From positions 3,061-67,060 of the forward strand of contig JANYFL010000034.1 in the NCBI GenBank assembly GCA_025362735.1: 64,000 nt of DNA, written 5' to 3'. The translations under genes were made by a program, and so were the position numbers. The stretch is from Betaproteobacteria bacterium (GTDB taxonomy: Bacteria > Pseudomonadota > Gammaproteobacteria > Burkholderiales > Burkholderiaceae_D). The number at the start of each line of letters is the position of its first letter. Position 1 is the first letter of the stretch. Of this stretch, positions 1 through 7,240 are shown piece by piece. The notes beneath the pieces are model-generated. The model had not been told where the DNA came from. It saw only the letters and a program-made list of their open reading frames with translations, and ran no database searches.

Positions 1-690
1 ACCTTCGTCGATTATGAAGAGTGGGGTCGCGAGTATCGCCTGAGCGCGGTCAACACCGTGGTCGATGTGCATACGCGCGTCTCCGATTTGTATAGCAGTC
101 CACACAACCAGATTCGTGAGCAACTGCGTTTGACCATCGAGATCGTCAAGGAGCGTCAGGAAAGCGAACTCATCAACAACAAGGAATACGGTCTGCTCAG
201 TCACGTCGTTCCATCGCAGAAAGTACAGCCGCGCACTGGCGCGCCGACGCCGGATGATCTGGATGAACTGCTGACCAAGGTCTGGAAAGAACCTGGATTT
301 TTCCTCGCGCATCCGCTGGCGATTGCAGCCTTCGGACGTGAGTGCACGCGCCGTGGTGTGCCACCGCCCACCATCTCGTTGTTCGGTTCGCAGTTCCTCA
401 CTTGGCGCGGTATTCCACTGATTCCTTCGGACAAACTGGCCGTTGAAAACGGCAAGACCAATATCCTGCTGCTACGTACCGGCGAAGCGCGACAAGGCGT
501 TGTTGGTCTGTTCCAGCCCAAGCTGCCGGGCGAACAAAGCATGGGACTGTCGGTGCGCTTCATGGGCATCAACCACAAGGCCATCGCTTCCTATCTGGTC
601 TCGCTCTACTGCTCGCTGGCGGCACTGACGCCGGATGCCATCGCAGCGCTCGAAAACGTCGAAGTGGGCAAGTACCATGTCTATAGCTAA
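1..690 (+). CDS. Family 2A encapsulin shell protein, C-terminal ~229 aa (5' end lies outside the window)
   Basis: Frame 1 is open from nt 1 (TFVDYEEWGREYRLSAVNTV...) to TAA at 688-690, so track ORF 58..690 is only the Met-initiated part. It is followed, with a 14-nt overlap, by a cysteine desulfurase carrying a long disordered N-terminal extension, which is the diagnostic cargo of Family 2A encapsulins. The shell assignment rests on this context and on recall of the family. No HMM search was run. Confidence 0.65.
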   Translation, partial: TFVDYEEWGREYRLSAVNTVVDVHTRVSDLYSSPHNQIREQLRLTIEIVKERQESELINNKEYGLLSHVVPSQKVQPRTGAPTPDDLDELLTKVWKEPGFFLAHPLAIAAFGRECTRRGVPPPTISLFGSQFLTWRGIPLIPSDKLAVENGKTNILLLRTGEARQGVVGLFQPKLPGEQSMGLSVRFMGINHKAIASYLVSLYCSLAALTPDAIAALENVEVGKYHVYS

Positions 691-2566
691 TCTTCCCGGT
701 ACCGACAGCCTGCCCGATCCTGCACAACTGGGGGTAGCTGGAGGATTGCCCGAGGCGAACTGGCTCGAAGCATTGGCGAACCAGTTTTTTCAGGCTGTGC
801 CCGGGTCTACAACAAGCACGTCCGGACTTGCCGGTCTGCATGGTGCCAGCACCTCCAGTCCAGCCAGTGCCATTCCCGCCGGATTGCCAGCAGGAACGAC
901 GTCGATTGCCGGTGCCGGGTTACCCGTGAGTCCCGCTGCACTGCCATCCACTGCGCTCAATCCTTTGCCTGATCTGGCCTCAACCTCGGCGACTCCACCG
1001 ATTGTCGGATACGAGACGATTAATCCGGGCTGGCCTGATCAAGGCGGGTTGACCTTACCATCCGTCTTCCCTTTTTCAGCAACGACAGGCATTCCCGCTA
1101 CGCCGTTTGACGGGCTGCTGAATGATGCTGATCTGCTCGGCCTGCTTGAAGCCAGTGTCGCTTCGGTGCCTGCACTGTCTCTTGCAAGCGCTCATGCACC
1201 TGCTCATGTACCCACTCATTTACCTGTTTCATCAACCGGGCTGGTTTCGAGTACGCCATCCTTTTATTTTCTCGAACATGCGCACTCTTCAAATGAGTCT
1301 GTGCAGATTCCAGGCCGCAGTGCGGTGGTTCCAGGTATTGCATCGAGCCAGGCTCCGTTTGATGTGAACCTGATCCGGCGCGACTTTCCGATTCTGCAAG
1401 AGCGCGTGAATGGCCGCCAGCTGATCTGGCTCGACAACGCAGCGACGACGCAAAAACCACAGTCAGTAATTGATCGCGTCTCGTATTTCTACGAACATGA
1501 AAACTCGAACATCCATCGCGCCGCGCATGAACTGGCAGCGCGTGCTACTGATGCTTACGAAGGCGCCCGCGAGAAGGTGCGTGGTTTTCTGAATGCGCGT
1601 TCGGTCAATGAGATCGTGTTCGTGCGTGGCACGACCGAGGCGATCAATCTGGTTGCAAAGAGCTGGGGTGGTCAGAATCTGAAAGAGGGCGACGAGATCA
1701 TCGTCAGTCATCTCGAACATCACGCCAACATCGTGCCCTGGCAGCAGATCGCGGCAGAGAAGGGTGCAAAGATTCGGGTGATCCCGGTCGATGACACCGG
1801 TCAGATTCTGCTGGATGCTTACGAGAAACTGTTCAACTCGCGCACAAAGCTGGTGTCGTTCACCCAAGTGTCGAATGCGCTTGGAACGGTCACTCCTGCA
1901 GCAGAGATCATCGGTATCGCACACAAGCACGGGGTCAAAGTCCTGCTCGACGGCGCACAGTCGGTCTCACACATGCGCGTGGATTTGCAGGCACTGAACC
2001 CGGACTTTTTCGTGTTCTCAGGCCACAAGGTCTTTGGTCCGACCGGTATCGGCGTGCTCTATGGCCGCGAAGAATTGTTGAACAGCATGCCACCGTGGCA
2101 AGGCGGTGGCAACATGATCAAGGATGTGAGCTTCGAGCACACTGAGTATCATGCTGCGCCGGGTCGCTTTGAAGCAGGCACTGGCAATATTGCTGACGCA
2201 GTGGGTCTGGGAGCGGCCATAGATTATGTGACGCGCCTGGGCATGGACAACATCGCGTTGTATGAGCACGGTCTGCTTGAATACGCGACCCATCATCTGC
2301 GCCAGATTCCGGGGCTGCGGTTGATTGGCACGGCGGCAGATAAGGCCAGTGTGCTGTCCTTTGTGCTCGAAGGCCACAAGACCGAAGAAGTGGGTTCCGC
2401 GTTAAACCAGGACGGTATCGCCGTACGTTCCGGGCATCATTGCGCTCAGCCCATCCTGCGGCGCTTTGGGCTTGAAGCGACGGTGCGGCCGTCGCTGGCG
2501 TTCTACAACACTTGCGCCGAAATCGATGCGCTGGTCGCGTCCATTCGTCGTATTCAACGCAAGTAA
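677..2566 (+). CDS. Cysteine desulfurase (SufS/group II type), encapsulin-cargo form with a disordered N-terminal domain
   Basis: The C-terminal ~400 aa carry SufS hallmarks: HHANIVPW, the PLP-lysine motif SGHKVFGPTGIG and the catalytic-Cys loop RSGHHCAQP. The N-terminal ~227 aa are P/S/A/T/G/L-rich low complexity. The track ORF starts at 635, but ATG 677 (MSIANLPG...) is preferred. Confidence 0.85.
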   Translation: MSIANLPGTDSLPDPAQLGVAGGLPEANWLEALANQFFQAVPGSTTSTSGLAGLHGASTSSPASAIPAGLPAGTTSIAGAGLPVSPAALPSTALNPLPDLASTSATPPIVGYETINPGWPDQGGLTLPSVFPFSATTGIPATPFDGLLNDADLLGLLEASVASVPALSLASAHAPAHVPTHLPVSSTGLVSSTPSFYFLEHAHSSNESVQIPGRSAVVPGIASSQAPFDVNLIRRDFPILQERVNGRQLIWLDNAATTQKPQSVIDRVSYFYEHENSNIHRAAHELAARATDAYEGAREKVRGFLNARSVNEIVFVRGTTEAINLVAKSWGGQNLKEGDEIIVSHLEHHANIVPWQQIAAEKGAKIRVIPVDDTGQILLDAYEKLFNSRTKLVSFTQVSNALGTVTPAAEIIGIAHKHGVKVLLDGAQSVSHMRVDLQALNPDFFVFSGHKVFGPTGIGVLYGREELLNSMPPWQGGGNMIKDVSFEHTEYHAAPGRFEAGTGNIADAVGLGAAIDYVTRLGMDNIALYEHGLLEYATHHLRQIPGLRLIGTAADKASVLSFVLEGHKTEEVGSALNQDGIAVRSGHHCAQPILRRFGLEATVRPSLAFYNTCAEIDALVASIRRIQRK

Positions 2567-2576
2567 AGCAGCGCAA

Positions 2577-2858
2577 ATGAAAGCCATGCTCGTCGGTGCC
2601 GATCAGCTTGGGAATATTCCCAAGGCGCTGTCCGAGTATGGAATTCAGATCAGCCGCCATCTGACGGGACGCGACACCCTGCATCAGCGCCGTGGCGTCA
2701 ATGTGCCCAATGGCACGGACCTGCTGATCCTGTTTACGGATTTCCTGGGTCACAACGTCATGCGTAATTTTCGTGAAGCCGCAGAAAGCGAAGGTGTACG
2801 CGTGATCTGCTGCAAGCGTTCCATTACGAGCATTCGACAGTCGCTTGATCTGCAGTAG
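2577..2858 (+). CDS. DUF2325 domain protein (93 aa)
   Basis: MKAMLVGADQLGNIPKALSEYGIQISRHLTGR...DLLILFTDFLGHNVMRNFREAAESEGVRVICCKRSITSIRQSL fits the DUF2325 pattern as I recall it. The internal ATG at 2577 of track ORF 2466..2858 lies 10 nt after the desulfurase stop. Confidence 0.6.
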   Translation: MKAMLVGADQLGNIPKALSEYGIQISRHLTGRDTLHQRRGVNVPNGTDLLILFTDFLGHNVMRNFREAAESEGVRVICCKRSITSIRQSLDLQ

Positions 2859-2996
2859 TGTCACGCCTGTTGCATTGAGAACATGGCTTGTTGCGTGTTC
2901 AGCAGTGCTTGTGTCGAATCAAACAGGGGCTATAACGCCCCAAAAAATAAGTATTGATTTTCAGTCGCTTAGCTCGGACTGCCGCATGATTTTTCC

Positions 2997-3012
2997 TGGC
3001 ACGAAGCCTGCA
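2997..3012 (+). promoter_or_regulatory. Candidate sigma-54 (-24/-12) promoter upstream of tonB
   Basis: TGGCACGAAGCCTGCA compares with the consensus TGGCACG-N4-TTGCW. The GG and GC elements have correct spacing and there is one mismatch. It lies 67 nt upstream of the tonB ATG, in an intergenic region and in the correct orientation. Confidence 0.3.
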
Positions 3013-3078
3013 CAGCTTATTGGTATCGCTTACCTGTATAGGTGAGTAATTGATATCCAGCCTCAGGAAATAAACATT

Positions 3079-3711
3079 ATGAACTTCGCGCAACATCAAC
3101 GAAATCCACAGCGACATTTGACCGGAATAGCAATCGTCGCTTTATTTCACATCGTCCTTATTTACGCACTTGCCAATGGTCTGGCTCGCAAGGTTGTAGA
3201 GGTCATCAGTGATCCGCTTCAAGTTAAACTGATTGAGGAGGTGAGAACAGAACCGCCGCCGCGCGAAGTCGTGCCGCCACCTCAGTTCAAGGCGCCACCG
3301 CCTCCATTTATACCACCTCCTGAAGTACAGGTTACGGCACCACCGCAGACACCCGTCATTGCGGCAGTGGTTACAACGCCACCATCCGCTCCAGCTCCGG
3401 TACGTGCACCTGAACCACAGCAAATTGCATCGGCTCCACAAGTGGTCAATGTTGGCGTGGTCTGCCCCAACCATCTTGATGTGCGGGGCAGCGTACCTTA
3501 TCCGCCCCAGGCTTTGCGTCTGCATATGTCGGGCGATGTACTGGTTGAATTCACGGTTGCCGAGTCCGGTCAGATCAAGGATGTCAGCATTACCAAATCC
3601 ACCAATCAAATATTCAATGCGGTCGCGAGCAATGCTGTTAGTCGCTTTAATTGCTCCAGTCCCGGACGTGAAGTAAGAGTGCGAGTACCGTTCGAATTCA
3701 AGGTTGGTTGA
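3079..3711 (+). CDS. tonB: Energy transducer TonB
   Basis: It has an N-terminal membrane anchor (GIAIVALFHIVLIYALA), a Pro-rich spacer (EPPPREVVPPPQFKAPPPPFIPPPEVQ) and a C-terminal TonB domain (YPPQALRLHMSGDVLVEFTV...). Confidence 0.85.
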   Translation: MNFAQHQRNPQRHLTGIAIVALFHIVLIYALANGLARKVVEVISDPLQVKLIEEVRTEPPPREVVPPPQFKAPPPPFIPPPEVQVTAPPQTPVIAAVVTTPPSAPAPVRAPEPQQIASAPQVVNVGVVCPNHLDVRGSVPYPPQALRLHMSGDVLVEFTVAESGQIKDVSITKSTNQIFNAVASNAVSRFNCSSPGREVRVRVPFEFKVG

Positions 3712-3931
3712 TCAAACTGTTGTTCTCTCAACAACGCTGTTGCGTATCTGTTGTTATATGAACAACCCCATTTTTTAAAGCAAATGTCAGTACGCTAGAT
3801 TAATAAATTTGTTTCTTATGCATCAAGGCTTTAGAGGTAACAAGATGAAATAAAAAGCTAAGGTAATGACTGGCATGGTCTCTGCGATATGAATGAGTTC
3901 AAACATTGATTGACTCTATTCAAGGGAACAC

Positions 3932-6553
3932 ATGTCTCCAAGACGTTTTAGCACCACCATTCGCACACAATTTGAATTAAGGCCTGTCGCAAGCAGTCTG
4001 CAAGAGCTTTTTAACCTGCATCACAAATCGTTGATTGCCGGAGCAAGTATCATTGCTTCAATCCTTGCTGCGGGAGGGAGTCCATCGGCGATTGCTCAAA
4101 GTACTTCCAGGACAGAAGCCTCGGTCGATCTGGAAAAGGTCGTCGTCTCCTCGCGCAACCGTGAAGAATTCGCGCAGGATGTACCAATCCCGGTTTCAGT
4201 GATTAGTGGACAAACGCTGGATCGCGAAGGCGTTGTTGCAATTGAAGACCTCGTCAAGAAAGCTCCTGGCCTGGAAGCCACGACGCCCAATTCGCGCCGT
4301 ACCGGAATTTCAATTCGTGGCATCGGCAAGTCCGCTGGTAATGACGCGCTTGAAGCATCAATGGGTGTGATTGTTGACAATGTCTTTTTGTCACACCCGG
4401 GCATGAGCTATCAAGACTTTACCGATCTGGATCGGGTGGAAGTCCTGCGTGGGCCGCAAGGCACGCTGCTGGGCAAGAATACAACGATCGGGGCGATCAA
4501 CTATGTCAGCAAATTGCCCAGCTTTACGCCTGAAGCCTCGGCCAATGTTTTCTTCAGTTCAGAGGCATTGGATTCACGCAGCACACGTACGGTCAATGCT
4601 TCCATTTCGAATGCGATCGTCGATGACCTTTTGGCCTATCGCGTTTCATTTTTTGTCGACAAGCAGGATGGTGACATAGAGAACGTGAACGCAGAAGGTG
4701 GCCGGACGCATGAAAAAAATCGCTCGGGCGGGCGACTGCAATTTTTGCTGACGCCGAATAAGGATCTCTCACTTCGACTCAACGTGGATTCTTCAGAAAC
4801 CAATGAGCGCAGCAATACCAAACCGGTCATTCGCGTCTTGACCAATTTTGATGATGCGTCGAACTCATCGCGTGTGACAACGGCAGGGATTAACGGCATA
4901 CCGACGACGCAGGCCCAAGTTACAGCACAGAATGCGGGCAAGAACACCTATGTCAGCATTTTCAATCGCGCATATTTTGGTGGGTATAGTCCGATTGTGG
5001 GATCTTCGATAAAAGAAGATCTGAATCTCAATGTTCCTGTCGTCACCAAGAATCAAGGAGGCGTTGCCGAATTGAACTGGGACGTGGCCGGGCTGAGACT
5101 GACCTCGATCACAGGCGTGCGCACGTATGCATTTGATGCCAAAAATGATGGCGATCAGACCAAATTTGCAGTGAGCCGGAATGGTACGCGCGTCGATGCG
5201 CAGCAGGTGTCGCAGGAATTTCGTCTGACTTCACTCGTCAATGAGAAATTTGATTATCAGGTTGGTTTGTTCTATATGCATAGCTGGAATACGTCGAACA
5301 GTCGCACACTTTATGGCAACGATGGTGGTGCGTACAGTGCGAAAAACGGTGATTACAACGTTCTCTACAATACGGCGAGTGGCCGGCAGTTGCTCCAGTC
5401 ATCATTGAACAATGTCTATATTCAAAACGTTACAACACCTGACAACAAGAGTGCCGCAGCGTTTGGCCAGGTGAACTGGCACTGGACGGACGCCGCGACA
5501 CTGACATTGGGCCTGCGTGATACCTACGAAAAAAAGACCAGTACGGCGAGCAAACAAGCCTCTTTTCTTGATGGCAGTGCGCTCAACAATCTGACCACAC
5601 TGGGTAATAGTATCGGCGCCAGTCCGCTCGAAATTGCTGCTGCAAATAGTACGCGTAACGGTCAGGTTGGCACGACTTACACAAACCAGCAAGGAAAGCC
5701 GATCAATGATAGTGCGCTTGGCTGGCTGTTGAGCCCGAGCTACAAGTTGAATGAAAATGTTTTGCTCTATGCATCTGCAGCATCGGGCGAGAAATCTGGC
5801 TCTGTACAGTTTCTCAGTAACGGTACACCGAATGACGTTGCGCCGGAAAAAGTATTGGACTTTGAGACTGGTTTTAAAAGTCTGCTACTGGATCGTTCAC
5901 TCCTGCTCAATGTGAATTTTTATCAGACCACACTCAAAGATTATCAACAAACCACCAGTGTGTTTGATCCAGCAACGACAGCGCTGCGCAACGACGGTAC
6001 GTTGTACTACCAGTCCATTCTCGGCAACATTCCGAAGATTCGCGCACGCGGTGTCGAGGTCGATGGCACCTATATCGTCAATCGCAATCTGAGTCTGAGT
6101 TTTGGCGGCGCCCTCAACAATGCCAAGTATCTGGATTGGCATACTGCAACTTGCCCGAGTGAACTGAATGTCTCTTCATCGACCGTGACTTGTGACAACA
6201 CTGGCAAACAAGTAGTTGCTGCACCCAGGTTCATCGGTATAGCCGGTCTCGATTACAAGCTGGGATTGAGTGGAGGCTACGCTGGCCACCTGTGGCTCAA
6301 TAATGTCTATCGGACCAAGCAGAATTTTGATGCGACTCTCTCGCGTTATGGCATACAAAAAGCTTATTCCATAACGGATATTGGTCTGGGCTTGATCGCC
6401 CAGCAGGGAAAGTTCGAGATTGACCTGGTTGCCAAGAATGCGTTCGACAAGCAGTTCACGACCAGTATCAATGTCAGCAGCGATGGTCAGATTGCCTATG
6501 ACGGTATCGGCCCGCGTCGCTGGATTGGGCTGGTTTTACACGCAAGACTTTGA
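3932..6553 (+). CDS. TonB-dependent receptor (873 aa)
   Basis: A plug region (DLEKVVVSS..., VEVLRGPQGTLLGKNTTIGAINYV) is followed by a long beta-barrel-type sequence. Confidence 0.9.
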   Translation: MSPRRFSTTIRTQFELRPVASSLQELFNLHHKSLIAGASIIASILAAGGSPSAIAQSTSRTEASVDLEKVVVSSRNREEFAQDVPIPVSVISGQTLDREGVVAIEDLVKKAPGLEATTPNSRRTGISIRGIGKSAGNDALEASMGVIVDNVFLSHPGMSYQDFTDLDRVEVLRGPQGTLLGKNTTIGAINYVSKLPSFTPEASANVFFSSEALDSRSTRTVNASISNAIVDDLLAYRVSFFVDKQDGDIENVNAEGGRTHEKNRSGGRLQFLLTPNKDLSLRLNVDSSETNERSNTKPVIRVLTNFDDASNSSRVTTAGINGIPTTQAQVTAQNAGKNTYVSIFNRAYFGGYSPIVGSSIKEDLNLNVPVVTKNQGGVAELNWDVAGLRLTSITGVRTYAFDAKNDGDQTKFAVSRNGTRVDAQQVSQEFRLTSLVNEKFDYQVGLFYMHSWNTSNSRTLYGNDGGAYSAKNGDYNVLYNTASGRQLLQSSLNNVYIQNVTTPDNKSAAAFGQVNWHWTDAATLTLGLRDTYEKKTSTASKQASFLDGSALNNLTTLGNSIGASPLEIAAANSTRNGQVGTTYTNQQGKPINDSALGWLLSPSYKLNENVLLYASAASGEKSGSVQFLSNGTPNDVAPEKVLDFETGFKSLLLDRSLLLNVNFYQTTLKDYQQTTSVFDPATTALRNDGTLYYQSILGNIPKIRARGVEVDGTYIVNRNLSLSFGGALNNAKYLDWHTATCPSELNVSSSTVTCDNTGKQVVAAPRFIGIAGLDYKLGLSGGYAGHLWLNNVYRTKQNFDATLSRYGIQKAYSITDIGLGLIAQQGKFEIDLVAKNAFDKQFTTSINVSSDGQIAYDGIGPRRWIGLVLHARL

Positions 6554-6615
6554 TTCCCTCTCTCTTACCTAACTCAATTAATGCAGCAAGAACTCTTTAA
6601 CCAAAAGGATTACAA

Positions 6616-7146
6616 ATGATGAAACTAAAATCGAATATGGCCACTTGTGCGGCAGTTACTTTGTCCGCTTTATCCATGGCAGGATTCGCACTGGCACAAA
6701 CTCCAACCGCCGCGCAGACGCCAGTCCCTGCAGCGCGCGGTCCTGCGGTCAACCTTGCTCTCGAAGCCGCACAGACAGCGCTGGCTACGTGCCAGGCCAA
6801 CGGTTATAAAGTGGGCGTGAGTGTTGTGGACTCAGCTGGGGTTGTACGTGTTGCGTTGGCCTCGGACGGCGCCCCGCAACGTGCGGTCGAATCGGGTAAT
6901 GGCAAGGCCTTTACCGTTATCACCTACAAGACATCATCTGCTGAGGTTGCAAAGAAGGCTGAAAAAGATCCAGACCTGACCGCGAAGCTGAATGCGGATC
7001 CGAAGCAACGCGCGCGTGCAGGCGCTTTGCCACTCCTGGTTGCCGGTGAAGTGATTGGTGCCATCGGCGTTGGCGGTGCACCGGGTGGTGACAAGGATGA
7101 GGCTTGCGCTGCTGCTGGAATCGACAAGATCAAGGACAGACTTTGA
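6616..7146 (+). CDS. GlcG/HbpS-like (DUF336) heme-binding protein, exported
   Basis: It has a signal peptide (..SMAGFALAQ) and the conserved C-terminal GGxP motif region GALPLLVAGEVIGAIGVGGAPGGDKDEACA, which is typical of GlcG/HbpS. Confidence 0.75.
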   Translation: MMKLKSNMATCAAVTLSALSMAGFALAQTPTAAQTPVPAARGPAVNLALEAAQTALATCQANGYKVGVSVVDSAGVVRVALASDGAPQRAVESGNGKAFTVITYKTSSAEVAKKAEKDPDLTAKLNADPKQRARAGALPLLVAGEVIGAIGVGGAPGGDKDEACAAAGIDKIKDRL

Positions 7147-7163
7147 AATAAGTAGAGGGCAGT

Positions 7164-7196
7164 AAAAAGCCCGCTTAGTCAGCGGGCTTTTTTTAT
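7164..7196. terminator. Bidirectional rho-independent terminator between convergent genes
   Basis: The sequence is AAAAAGCCCGCT-TAGTC-AGCGGGCTTTTTTT: a GC-rich 8-bp stem flanked by an A-run and a T-run. Confidence 0.7.
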
Positions 7197-7240
7197 TTAA
7201 TCGAGGCGCGAGTGATGCTGATCTTATCGAGGGGCATCTT

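Noticed and set aside
635-676. An upstream start (ATG 635) for the cysteine desulfurase, and similar long N-terminal extensions in track ORFs 2466, 10699, 17335, 28964, 36103 and 52038.
   Set aside because: The extensions overlap upstream genes or promoter regions and add non-homologous residues. Internal ATGs give canonical N-termini or signal peptides.
3800-3830. A Fur-box-like AT-rich stretch (GATTAATAAATTTGTTTCT) upstream of TBDR 3932..6553.
   Set aside because: It matches the 19-bp Fur consensus at only about 9 of 19 positions, which is not distinguishable from AT-rich background.
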